DNA from: Gnetum montanum
Taxonomy: Eukaryota > Plantae > Gnetophyta
Assembly (NCBI GenBank): GCA_015680685.1
Contig: MNCI01003167.1
Location: 169,536 to 233,535 of the forward strand
Direction of reading: 5' to 3'
DNA length: 64,000 nucleotides
Of this stretch, positions 24,631-37,093 are shown piece after piece. The notes under the pieces are model-generated. The model was not told where the DNA came from, did not search any database, and saw nothing but the letters and a program-made list of their open reading frames with translations. Every line of letters starts with the position of its first letter. The first letter of the stretch is position 1. Position numbers and translations under genes: made by a program.

Positions 24631-27011
24631 ATGTTACCCAAGAAGTGAAGGGAAAATAGTAAAAATCATATGATCCAAAGGATGGATGAGTGTTCTAGGA
24701 AGTTGTTAGAGGTTCCTAGGCCTATCTCCATCTAGGCCTCATCTATCACTACTACAAGGTAGGCAGTTCAACCTATTTTTGCCTTTATTTTCTATAGTTT
24801 TTCTAGTTTTTTTTTGTTTCCCATGTGTTAAAGCCATTTTTTTCTAGATCTACTCTAGTGTAGGGATTAAAATGAAATTATAATGAAATCCAAACTCCTA
24901 TTTTCATAGCTTCCATGCAAATCTATAGTCATTTCATTGGTTTAGCTTTTGTAGATTTGATTTTGAAAATAAGGCTTATTGTTTCATGCTTTTTCCCAAA
25001 ATTTTTGGGTGTGGCCATTTTTTTAGATCTAGGCCTTATGATTTGTTAAAATTAACTTTTAAGAAAATTTTATAGCATTATTTTGGTGTAAATGTTAATT
25101 GGTTTTAGTGGTTTTGGCTACTTCGACTGTTTCCATGGCTATATGAAATCTAGGTTTTGAGGTTTTGACATGAAAAAAGCAAGCAATGTTGTGTATCTTT
25201 TCTTGGGAGAATGGCTACAAATTTTTGAAATTGATGGTCATGAGTTCTTATCCATTCATTTAGTATTTCTAAAATATATGGTCTTGTTTAATTTGAATTC
25301 ATTAGGATGAAGTTATGGTTGTTTCTCTAACATTGCATAGTTAGGTTTCTCATGTCATTTTTTGTAATTTCATGGAAGCTTGTGAATTTTTTATAAGATA
25401 ATAGAAACTTTTTTGTCTATTTTATTGTTATTTATGTCTTGGAATTTGTTTTTTCTTTCCAATGGAGGTCGAATCACTCTTATTGGTCTTCAAATGAATT
25501 TTCTACAAATTTTTTACTAAGCATGTGTAATAAGGATGTTTGTGCCATTTTTTGATTATTGTCCAAATTGACAAATTAACACTACATAAATGAAAAACAC
25601 TTTAAATTTATTCTAAGCATGGATATGTAGGGCTCGGTTTAAGCTTTCAAATGGTGATGGAATAACTCTATTTGGAGCTCAAATGAATTTTTGAAAAGGT
25701 TTTTACCAACACTGCATGAAGAGAGGTTAATTGTCATGGCTATGATTTTGGATAAACTTTGGTTATATTTTATGTAGATATGGTTATACATTTTTATTTA
25801 TAATGATCATGGCTATAATTTTCATAATTTTAGAATTCTTTTCATGGTGGAATCATTGAAATTCAAGAATAAACAAATTTTTAATGAATTTTTTGGCTAT
25901 GGCTATGTGAATAATGTAAAATTATGGTCATAGCACACTGCCCATTTGGAAATGGAAGTGGTTGATATGTATAACTTATGCTTTTCTTTTTTCAACATGT
26001 AAACCTAATGCTTAATTTTTTTTTAAGAAAATTAAAATCTTTTTCTACCTTTACCAAGCATTTACTATGGCTACATGGTTTTTAATAAGTTTATGATGCT
26101 TTTCCTAAATTTGTGCATAGTTTAGATTTTTTTCCCAAATTTATCCATCATTGGCATAATTTAGATGTTTTTTCTAAACTTATGCTTGTTTTTTTTCTAA
26201 ATTTGTACATATTTTAGATGTTTTTTTTTCCAAATTTATGCATGATTTGCATAATTTAGATGTTTTTATAAACATGTTTTCTTTTTTTCTAAATTTATGC
26301 ATAGCTTAGATGTTTTTTTTTAAATTTATGCATTCTTTGCATAATTTAAATGTTTGTTCTAAACTTATGCATAACTTAGAATAAGGTTTAATTCTAGCTA
26401 TAATGCTTTAGATATGATATTATTGTTATGGTAATAATGCTTTTATGTAATTTTCTTAAGTAATTTAGATAAACACCTAAGAGCATTTTATAGAGACTAA
26501 TTTAACCTTTGACTTAGGATGTTTTTTCTAAATTTGATAAGACATTCCAATTGGTCATAATATAAGGTTATGCAAGGTTGTAATAGTTTTTTCTTATAAA
26601 TTCCTTAAGGTAATTTAGATAAATACTTGAGAGCTTTACAGAGGATAATTTTTCCTCTGATTAGATGTTTTTTCTAAATTTGTTAATAAATTCCAATTAG
26701 ACACAATGTGTTTTTTTTTTTTTTGGCTTCATGTAGTGTTTTTTTTAGGCCTGTCCTCATCATCATAGATTTGATGGGTATCCTGTGCTACATTGGTCAT
26801 CCCAAGACCAATTCCCCATAGGTTTGATGCATTTAATGTTTTAATTTTTATTTTAAGATCATGGTTTTGGCTATGGGTTACTAACTAGCTATATGTTGTT
26901 GCATTTCAGGCCTCAAAAGACATTAGTAGCCTAAGCAATCAAGATGTAAATGATCCACCATTTCCTCCTCTAAATTCCACTCAGTAGCCTCCATCAAGTC
27001 AGCTTGTTTGA
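24631..27011 (+). pseudogene. Putative three-exon antisense mini-gene inside element B (exons 24631-24758, 26749-26821, 26910-27011)
   Basis: GCCATG start; splice signals AAG|GTAGGC, TTTTTTTTAG|G, TAG|GTTTGA, TACTAAC branch point and TTTCAG|G; T-rich introns. The joined frame is 100 codons with four TAG/TGA stops. Confidence 0.5.
26080..26380. repeat. ~30-bp AT-rich minisatellite (TTTAGATGTTTTTTCTAAATTTATGCATA-like)
   Basis: Multiple degenerate tandem units are visible; related units occur at about 26515 and 26660. Confidence 0.7.
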
Positions 27012-27244
27012 CTATCTATTTTTATTTTCATGTTGATAGCTATGATTAGCCAAGACTATGATATAGATGGTTGTTATTCTTTGATATTTTTTTCACATAG
27101 TATGACCATGGTTATTTATGGATATGGATACTTTAAATTTAAATATTTGGTTATGACTTTTGGCTATATATCATGTTGTAGTAAATGTTGTAAAAGTTGA
27201 GAATAACTATGTTGACTAAAAAGAACAAGTATAATGATAAAGAT

Positions 27245-27550
27245 GCTCACCAGTTTTAGGCCATAGCAGCTGTAGGTTACATTGTCTTGCCAGTTTAAGG
27301 CCATGATGGACCATAATGCTAGTTTAACGTCTTAGTAGATGGAAATGTCAATTTAAGGTTGTAGAAGATCATGATGTCAATTTAAAGCCTTAGGGGGTCA
27401 TGATGCATTGAGGTTATTTTTGCCAATTTAGGGCCATAATAGGCCATGTTGCATTGTTTTGGTAGACGTTGCTACTTTAAGGTCATGGTAGGCTGTCATG
27501 CCATTTTAAGCTCTTAGTAGACCATAATGCCAATTTAATGTCTTAACAAA
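27245..27550. repeat. ~30-bp tandem repeats (GCCAGTTTAAGGCCATGGTAGGCCATGAT-like)
   Basis: About 8-9 degenerate units; the same family occurs at 15940-16025 and 19710-20100. Confidence 0.7.
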
Positions 27551-27749
27551 TGGGCTATGAAAAAAACTTATATTTATAAAGAATTTTTTATGTTTCTAAC
27601 ATAAGTAAAAATAAAGAAGGTTGTAGCAAATAGGTAAAAATGCAAATAAAATTAGGCTACATGCATAAAAAGTAAAATAAAAAATGCATAAAAAGATATA
27701 ATAAACTACAAAAAGAAAGTAAGGCTACATGGCTATTGGTGCATTTGGT

Positions 27750-30700
27750 CATAGGAGCATGGGAAGGTTTAAGTAAAAATCACTTGCATAGATTCTTCCT
27801 AATCTTTGCAAGATTAGGGAGTGAGTAAGGCCTACTATACACAAGCTTATATTTTCCATCTACTTCACTTAAGATGTTAAAAGGAATTCATTCTATAATG
27901 CATCCTATTGCTTATCATTATCATCATAGGCTTTCTTGGGTTTTTGCTCTTCATGCCTAGGGGCTTCTTCTTGAAGCACCATTTTGGAACCTTAATCTAT
28001 GTCTATGTTGTTGATAGCTATAGGAACTGTGTTATCACCATGAATGATGATTTTCCCTCCCTCGTAAGGAAGGAGAATTCCTTGATGGATGGGAAAGGAC
28101 ATGACTTGTAATTAATCCAACTAAGGTCTTCCTAGGATCAGGTTAAATCTTTGTGTCTCCTCCTCCACCAAGAAGTTGGCAGTTGTGGGGAATTTCTCCC
28201 CATCTAGAAAATCCAAGGAGATAGGTTCCTTGATGAAAAATCTTAATCCATTAAAGGACTTAAGAGCTATGATAGTTGTAGGTTGTATTTGCTTAGTTAA
28301 GCCCAAGCATTCAATAATGGTGCATGCAATGACATTGGTTGTGGCTCCATCATTAGCATGCACATGATGTATTTTAAATTTTCCTATGCATACATTTATG
28401 AATAAAGGGGTTGTATTTGCTTCACCATTTTGGGGATTAACCTTAACTTCTCTATCATGAGTTACAAGGTGCATTGACTTTGCCTCCTTTGGTGAGGGAG
28501 GAATCATCATTGCATGGATGGATTTCTTATTAATAGGGATATACTCACTAATGAGGATGGAGGTCAACATTTTGACTATCACCTCATGATGTATGGAAAA
28601 AGTGATGATTAGGTCATATAAGCTTAGAGTTATGTTGTTTTGCTTCAGGAATTGCCTAACTTGGTTCATTGAACTAAGGAAGTTTTTATCATTGGTCATG
28701 GGCTTGTTACCCTTGCTATGATCTACTTCCTTCATGCACCCCAAAATGCAAGCTTTAACTTTAGGCTATGGTTGTTGAGACTCTTCCTTTTTTTTTTGGT
28801 TGTAGATTTTTTGATCCTCCTATGGATTGGTGGTTGAAGGGGTTGGGGTAGAGGAGGTCATGGGTATAGCTGAAATGAGAGTGGTCTTTGGTGGGTCCAT
28901 TTACTTTCATTCCTTCATCTACTTATCTTCCTTCTTATTAGGCTTTTTCTTATACTTCTTCCTTTGTTTGGATGAATTTTTTGGTGGTTAGTCATTAGTT
29001 GTGAGGAAGAGGTAGTAGCATTAGCCACCACAGGGGGTCATTGTGTAGTTGTTTAGGCTATGGTTGATTGCATTATGTTCACATGGAAGACCTTGAGGAC
29101 AAAAGCTTCCTTGGAAGACATTCATGATGGTACTCTTATGATGAAGGGAAATCTTAAGCTATGGGAGGTGAAGAAGTCCTTTCATTAAAGAAGGATACTT
29201 GAATCATGAATGGTTCTGTTGTAGGTCTTTGATTGTCATTAATGTTAAATGCTGAAATAACATAGGAGCTATCCTTAGCATTCAATGGATCTTTGTAGAC
29301 TTGCATTGACAATTTTTATGTTCAAACTGGATTGGAAGCATCTAAGACTAGCTCTTCCTTATCTATCATCCTTCAATGCAAGGCAGAAGTTTGTGTCGTG
29401 ATCAAGTAGTTGATGATAACTGTAGAAGTAGTCTATTTGAACTATCTAGATAATTAGGGATCATCCTTCATTGCCCAAATGGGATCCTTGGCTATTTTGC
29501 ATAGCCTCTCATGTTTCTTTCAAGTGGCCTTAGTCATTTGTTTGTGTTTTATGCAACCACTTTTTAATAGTTTGTCTAACAACTCTAATTGTTTCATAGG
29601 TAAGGTAGTGTGTTCGGACCTATCCTTTCTTTTGAATTTAGGTCTGGTTATTGTTGATGTAGTGGCCTTAGAGGTTGATGATTGGTTATTGCAGTTATTA
29701 GTAAGGGCCTTGGGTGGATTGGCCTTTGGCCCTTGGTTTATTTTCTTTGTTTCTTTAGTCACAATTGCTATGGCCATGTTGTTTTGTTTGATCTTTTCTT
29801 TGTCTCTCTATGTATGTTGATTTTTATATGTTATGTAGGTTGAATCATGACTAGCCTCCACCTCATCCTCTATATTTTTACTTTGTGAGAACGCATGGCT
29901 AAGAAACCACAAATCAAGGTAGTAGAGCTTGGACTTGATAAATTCATTCACTACTCCCTTAAATATGGCTAACAAGTGGGCTTCAACTATAGGCTCTGGC
30001 ATTTCATTCAGTAGTTCATTCCATCACTAGATGAACTTTTGTATTGGTTCTAAGTACCCCTACATAACCTTCATGAGTTGGCCAAGTATGGTGTTGGGCT
30101 TCAAGTTATACTTGAAGTGGTTTCCAAACTAGGAAAACAAGTCCACCAAAAAGGATATGGATCCCCTAGGTAATGCATGATACCAATCTAGTGCTTTTCC
30201 AGTTAAAGACATAGGAAAAATACTCATGATGGTTTGAGGCCATGGCTACAAGAGTAAGCATTTAGATCAAAAAGTAATAAGGTGAGCATTAGAATCACCT
30301 TGTCCACTATATTTGCTAAATTGGGGAATAGAGACACTAGGAGGAAGTGTCAAGGGTGGGACTATAGGACTTATGGGATCATCCTAGTGGAAGTCCATAA
30401 TCTTGATAGTTTGTGAAGTAGAGGCTTCAAGCCTTCTCAACTCCTTCGTTAGGTCCTAGATCATTTAGAAGGCTTGATCTACATCTTATGTTAGCCCTAT
30501 TGGTTGTGGGGTTTGTACATAGGGATATGGAATCTGTTGTGAGGTTTGTGGCCTTGCTATGGATTTCATGAAAGAAGGAAGAGGTTGCGTTATGATTGTG
30601 GCTTGTGGGCCAAACAAAGAAAAGGATGTTTCTACTAGTACCTAAGGTACAAATGGGACAAATGGGATGTGTGACCCCTAAGGTGCTTGGGGTCTCATGC

Positions 30701-31355
30701 TAGGCCTTGCATAGGTAGATGGTTGTATCGATTGAGGAATAGATGGATCATGGATCATAGTTTGTGCCATCAATTAAGGTTGATGCATGTCTATGATTGG
30801 TGTGGGGTTAGCTATACTAGGGTAGAAAGGAGTGGAAGATGGTGGCACCATGCCCTTGGAGAAAACAAAAGTGTTATAGGAGGAAGCTATGACCTTGAAA
30901 GACATTTGTTAGAATAGTTCTCCCAAGATGTTTTAAGGCTTAGATTCTATCGTAAATTCATTCTCCTCTTCTAGTTGTTCCTTAGAGCTATGTTTTTTAT
31001 CTTCTTCCTCCATCTCAATCAATTGGGCTAGTATATCAACATAGATATTAGATAGAGATATTTGGTCAAAATGGGAAGGGATGTACTCCTTACCATTATG
31101 GTGGATAAGTTTGAACTCTCTTTTCGATTTTTCTTCCAAATGTGAAATCAACATAACAACCTATATTTTGGTGCAAATGAAGTTATATTAGTCTTCATTT
31201 ATGATTGCAAAATCAGGATTCTTCAATTTGATCCTTAAATATTTCCTACATTCAATGATAGTAGGGTCTTTGAGGTCATATACCCTCATGGCTTGTTGGC
31301 TAGGACCTTCACCAATGAAGGTGAGAGGCAACTTGGTAGATTGCTAGAAAGACAT
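27750..31355 (-). pseudogene. gag: gag-protease of element B, disrupted
   Basis: IPQFSKYSGQGDSNAHL, FPMSLTGKALDWY, Tat-type knuckle YSYHQLLDHDTNFC, and protease ORF 28121-28744 (VHANDGATTNVI...FNLILGRP). Plausible ATG at 31355. Confidence 0.88.
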
Positions 31356-31425
31356 GGCTATAATGTTGAGAATGGCTTAAAATAAGGCTATAAATGATTA
31401 CATAAAGGAAATTCCCACTAAAAAT

Positions 31426-33000
31426 TGTTGCAACTAAAAACCTTAGTTGCTAGAAAAATCAAAAATCCTTACTGTAGTAGTTCCTCACCTCATGAATACC
31501 TAGGACCTTTGTGGAATAAATGGGATTTGGGATGCCTTTGCTAGTCCAACAAATCAACTTGGGACTTATGGAATGCAAAGTGTGGTGAACGAAATGCAAA
31601 AATGATAGTAGATGTGAATAATTCATAGATAATAAAAAATCTATTTTGTATAAAAAATCCAGAACTTAAAACTTTATTGAGAGAAAAAATAAACAATAAG
31701 TTAGAGAGAATGTGTACAAATGGAGTTTGAATGAGCAGCCAAAGGAGGGTTCACTAGTGTAGGAGTTTAAAGCCCATTGAAGCTAATGCAATCTGGTCCA
31801 TAAACTCGGTGCTAAGACACTATTGATGCTTTTGAACCTTCTTCAACTACAATCTTAGATCTATAGTGTTGGCTATAATGGAAGTTGAGAAGTGTGAAAA
31901 AATATAAGCTTCCCAAATGCTCTATGTTGGAAGTTGGAAATCCCAGAAGTGTAGTGTGGAGCTTAAAAATTCACAAATTATGAGGCCATAAGGTCATAGC
32001 GTGTCTACATTGGGTTCAAGAGAATACAAGTGTTGAAACTTGTAAAAAAGCTCTTTAGTGCTTAAGAATACCCAAGTGTAGAACTATGAACAATTTTTTA
32101 TGCAAAAGTGTGTGTATCCCAATGTCTTAGATTGCAAAAAAGTATGGAATCTTGAGAAAATTGCTGAACTACCAAACTGTGTGTAACTTTCCAAGTGTTG
32201 AATCTATAAAAGGTGTTTGAGGTTGGCTTTTATAGGTTCTTTGAGCCATGAATGGGGTTGAAAAATGGCTATGATTTGGCTGCAAAATGGCTGTAAATTG
32301 GCTGCCAAATTTAGGTGAGATGGGTGCTGAAATTTGAGGGGTTATTATACATAATAAGTGCTTCCCCCCATGGCCATTCCATTTACCATAAATAGTAACC
32401 AAGGCACACTTTCCATGTTGGAGATGAATCTTCCACGCTAAGTTCTCCACCATGCTTGCTGAAGTGGTTGGTTAATGTTGAACTACATGAAGTGTTGGAA
32501 ACTAGCTATTGTGGCTTCCACGCTAGGGGATGTAATTTTCAACACTTGGGATGAAGAATCCATGCTAGGGGGAAACTTCCATGCTAAGCGGGGAAGGTTT
32601 CTAGGCTATGCATGTGGTATCCATGATAAAGGATGAAATTTTCCAAAATCCCCATCCTTCCACACTAAATATAGGTGATATTTACACCTACATGTGTTTC
32701 CACCATAGAAAAGAATATACTTCATATAAATCCCATTAAATTTCCTTTTTTGGCATTCCAAAAGGTGTTTTTTACCTCCCCAAGTACAACTATAGATACT
32801 AAGTAACTTTTTCCACTTATGGAATGAGGCTTTGACCACTTATGAGGTATTTGTTTTAGCCTCAAAAGTATAAAGTATGTGAGATTGCCCACTATGGATT
32901 ACAATTTTCACATTTACAATGAAGTTTTGCCTCAAGTTTCATGGGGTGAAAGCTATGTGATGGAGATTGACTATTACATGCAAATTTTTGTGGTGTTTCA
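31426..33000 (-). repeat. 5' LTR of element B
   Basis: Partner of 14241-15809, upstream of gag on the minus strand. No PBS is clearly recognisable. Confidence 0.93.
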
Positions 33001-33349
33001 AAACCTATGGTTTAGCATGGAAAATGTTTTTAAAATTTTTCTAACTCCCCAAGGTTTAACTAATAAAATATTATTAAAATCATCAATCTACAGTAAGTTA
33101 AACCTCATCAAAAAACTCAGGTAGATAAATGGATAAAAAATAAGAAAATAATCCATTTGCCATGATCAAAACTAGCTTAAGTGTAACTTGCCCAAATGAG
33201 AAAAGGTATTAAAGGCATTAATTATTAGACATAAAACACTGATCTTGGGTTATGTTTGTGATCATAGATGGCACCAAAGAGACCATAGGGCGAGGGAGAA
33301 GTAGTTAAGAGGAGGAAGGGGCCAATAGTCACTAATAGCCTGAGGAAGG

Positions 33350-36050
33350 TGAAGCAAAAACACATGAAATGGTACCTCTTCAAGAGAATCCTAAAGTGAA
33401 ATTTATTTTTCAGCATTACATAATGAAGATAGGCTAGTCGAGGCAAGATGAGGTGCCAAGGCCTAGGTCAAATCTAAAGGTCACATTGATTTAGGCTTTC
33501 CTTGAGTGAATCCATTCTAAGGTGGCCTAGAGTTTGGTTCTTTAGAAACTTAACTTTGGCACCTTCTTGGACTTGGTAGTAGAGGAGGTCAAGACATAAC
33601 TACAAGGGTCCTCTATGTGGCCCATCCTCACTTCTAGTAGGGAGTGGTACATGGGGGAAACCTATCTTCTTTGGAATAATTAAAAAGTAGATACTATCAT
33701 CAAAATCAAATACATTAGCATCTCTTATTNGAAAGTAGATACTATCATCAAAATCAAATACATTAGCATCTCTTATTCCATTGAGGTCATTGCAAAGGTC
33801 CTTGGACTACTTGATATTGGGGTAACATTGATAGAGGTCCCCACACAAGTAGGTCTAGAAGTAAAGAAGAAGTGGGTTGAACGATGCTATGGGGTAAGTT
33901 GTAGGAAGTATGACATAGTAACTAAGATGAAAAGATTCTATTTCAAATTGTGGCCTACCACCTAAATCCAACAATAAGGCCTAGAAAAGTCACTACTTTT
34001 TCCACTTTTGTGGGCACCACTATAAGTGGTAAATTTCCTATCAACCTCCCTTAGCACATCTTCTTAGAGATTGAGAAGCATTTTAAAGAAAATGAGCAAG
34101 GAAGAAATTCCCCTTGCCATTCCTGATCAAAAAGCTTTGTAGAAGTGAAGGCATAGATCATTATGCTAATGATACCATACGTCATTTTTATACCACCTCA
34201 TAGTAGGAGATGATGAAGGATAAAGCACCTGCTAAGCTACTTGAAGTGAAGTGGCCACCACCACCACCTACCAAAGAGACAATACCAGAGGCTTGTGCCA
34301 CTATTAGGTGCATGAGAAAACTATCTAGATAACTAATCTAGAAATAGTAAGGCAAGGTAGATGGTTTGAAACCATTGGTTTACCAACCAATGTTGAGCCA
34401 TCTTAATGAAGTCACCAAAATAATAAGCTAGCTAAAAGGAGCTACTCCACTATTTTCCACCCAAAGAATGCAGGAGCCTATGAGATAAAAGTAGAGCACT
34501 TGAGAGGGCATAGTGTCCATTCCTAGGCCACAAGAGTTCCCAAATTTTTTTTGGAACACCAATATTTTCTCGATGCACTTGGAGGAGGGCAAAGGGACTA
34601 TTGTCCTAGTGGTGTAGCACCATAGGAAGGAAACAACAATGGCGGTATTGGCCAAAGCACTAAACATTCCTACAGTAGCTATGCTAGACATTAGTGCACT
34701 CAAGGATGTGCATGCTTTTGCAGGAGTAACAAGCAAGAGTCTAAGCATAGCCCATCATGAGGAAGTATTGGATTAACTAGGAAGAACGGGATGATCACTT
34801 TTGGAGATCTTTGATCTTGTGAAGGAAATCATTGTAACCCAATTGGAGTTGCTAGAAATAAATTGCAAGATCATCATAAAAAATTTCCAACTCAAGGAAA
34901 CCACTAACAAGAAGCAATAGTTGGCTATCAAAGTTGCAAAGTTGAGAGCCTGATTAGTTGATACTATCAATCTCAGCCAAGTTGTCACAAGGGCTGAAGC
35001 TTTCCTACAACTTCAAGATCAATTAAAAGAGGTTGAGAATGCCAAAGAGATGATGATCTTTGACATGTCCTTATTAGAACCTCTTTTCACCCACACTAGT
35101 GAGGACTTAGCACAAGTCCACAAGAAAAACCTCACCTTAACTAAATACAATCATCTCTTGTGCAATGTTGAGAAACAAAAAGACTAGATGGTCAAATTTG
35201 TTAGAAAATAGTAAGAGCAACTTGCTAAAGTGAACATGGACTTAAGGAGGTTGGCAGAAAATAGTAGAAATCTATCAATGGAGGAAGTTGAAAATGCCCA
35301 TTGAGGTAGCCACCTGGAAAAATAAGGTCTTAAAGTTAGAACATGTAAAAAATCACTATAGAGACTAGGTAGGACTCCTCAAGGTGGTGAATGAGAAGTA
35401 GATCCAATTGGCTAAGGTGAAAATAAATAATATCCTCCAACATCTCCAACAAAGAGGTGATGTATGCTAGTCAATATTTGATCGTCTAAATGCCTACAAC
35501 AAAGTGAAGATTCACCTAAAGGAGTTGCAGATTAAAGAAATGACAGAGTATATAGAACTTGCCAACCTCCACTAAATAAACTTGGCAATGCTACTAGTAA
35601 GGCCAAGGTTAGTGTTAAAAAAGCAAATGGCCAACTCATACCTCCTCTATGAGGCTAAGTTTAAGCACCATAAGGATACTAAGTAAAAGCTAAAAATAGC
35701 TAATGCTAAGCTTCAAGTTCTCTATAGTTAATTCACTCGCCAATGATTAGTTGCTAAGAACCTAGCCAAGAGGATGAATGACTATCATGAGCTGTAGAAC
35801 CTTATAAAGATGTTTGATGTATAACATAAATAATTCATAGCATGATTTGTCAATGTGAAGAAGATATTTCCTACAATGCACTTTTCATGGAACATCCCTG
35901 TACCAGCCCACATTGGTGAAGCCACATGAACTATGTATGATCCACGAAGTAAGGAGGAGAAGATGAAAGCATTGTTAGATGCCTTTTGTCTTCCATCAGA
36001 AGAAGCTACTATAGTAGGATAGCCATAGCCTTAACATTAGCCACCACCAC
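33350..36050 (+). pseudogene. 3' accessory (env-position) ORF of element A, disrupted; N-terminal domain plus a coiled-coil-like C-terminal half
   Basis: EWYMGETYLLWNN...IKIKYISISYSIEVIAKVLGL, with homologous copies at about 53600 and 55500. It lies between INT and the PPT. Confidence 0.65.
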
Positions 36051-36278
36051 CATGAACCTTGTAGGTTGGTGAAGGTCCTTCAGCATCCCAAGATCCTTCA
36101 CCTCCTAGCACTATTTGATCTTCTCTTCATCTTTGGTAATTAAAGGATTGCTATGGGTCATTTTTGTTAGGGTGTCCAATTTTGTTATCCAAGGCATCCA
36201 TTTTTGTCATTGTTGTAATTTTATACAATTTGACAATTAGGGTTAGTCAGTTAGAGTTTTCACTTAGTTGTGGGGGTA

Positions 36279-37057
36279 TGATGAACTTTTGATAGGTTGC
36301 ATTGATGGACATGCATTGATGTAGCCTTGTCAAAAAATGGTTAGATGCATCAATGTAGATGTGTTAACATAGATGCATTGACATAGTGTCTAGCCTTGCC
36401 TATATAAATGTGTGTATCCACTACATTTATGGCACACAAAATCAATAGTGTAGCCAAACTCTTGTAGTTTCTTCTCATCAAAGTTAGAATATTTTTTGAG
36501 TGCATGCAATAGGACTTCAAGGATTGTATGGATCCTTATTCAAACATCAATGTACCTAAGCACTTTGATGTGCCAACAATAAAGATGAGATTCTTAAAAT
36601 TCCTTGTATAATGTAATAATAATTTAATATTTCCATTCATGCACTTTGTTACTTATGCATTTTACATTGATGTCCTTAGTTAATTAATATATTTAATAAT
36701 AATAATAGATAAGTACAACTACCTTGAACATATTGTTAATGCTTGGTAATCCTAGCGGTGTTATCACTTGATCCGCTGAGTAGCCCAATGCTTGGTAACC
36801 CAATAGCATTCATAATGAGTTTGGGATGTGCACAAAAGGTGGGCCTAGATTCTTATGTTAGGATAATTAGATTAAATCATTAGATAGTTAATTTTAAATA
36901 AATTACATTTATTTTACAATTAAATTAAATCAAATAAAATATAAGATATAAATAAAAATCTTGTCCCTTAACTTACACTTAACTATACACTTGAACTTAC
37001 ACAAGTAATGCCAAGAATATAATGATCATGTCTCTAATTTACTATCTTTTCTCATCG
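36279..37057 (+). repeat. LTR of family A (preceded by a PPT, followed by a PBS-like site)
   Basis: TGGGGGTA|TGATGA start, TATATAAAT at about 36401, CTCATC(G) end; internal similarity to 58061-58936. Confidence 0.65.
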
Positions 37058-37093
37058 GTGCATTTAGGGACTAAGTTCATAGAATTTGATCAA

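Larger units (their letters stand above)
14241..33000 (-). mobile_element. Element B: full-length decayed Tat-clade (TatIII/Ogre/Retand-type domain order) Ty3/gypsy element, 18.8 kb
   Basis: LTRs 14241-15809 and 31426-33000 with TG...CA ends. TSD is AAACT (14236-14240) / AAACC (33001-33005). Domain order on minus is gag-PR-[spacer]-RT-RH-aRH-INT. Confidence 0.92.
1..37057 (+). mobile_element. Element A: decayed Athila-like Ty3/gypsy LTR retrotransposon (5' LTR outside window), interrupted by elements C and B
   Basis: gag-PR-RT-RH-INT order at 570-5450 with the Athila-type RT motif EVFMDDF. The 3' region resumes after each insertion (13770-14240, from 33006). An accessory ORF is followed by PPT TGGGGGTA and TGATGA at 36279. 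Confidence 0.75.

Noticed and set aside
29479-29820. 113-aa hydrophobic ORF on +
   Set aside because: It is the antisense shadow of the K/N/T-rich gag linker of element B.
31400-31425. Primer-binding site for element B
   Set aside because: Minus-strand ATTTTTAGTGGGAATTTCC does not match a tRNA 3' end that I can name.
33684-33777. Exact ~46-bp direct duplication
   Set aside because: The copies straddle a single n at 33730, which is typical of an unmerged contig overlap.
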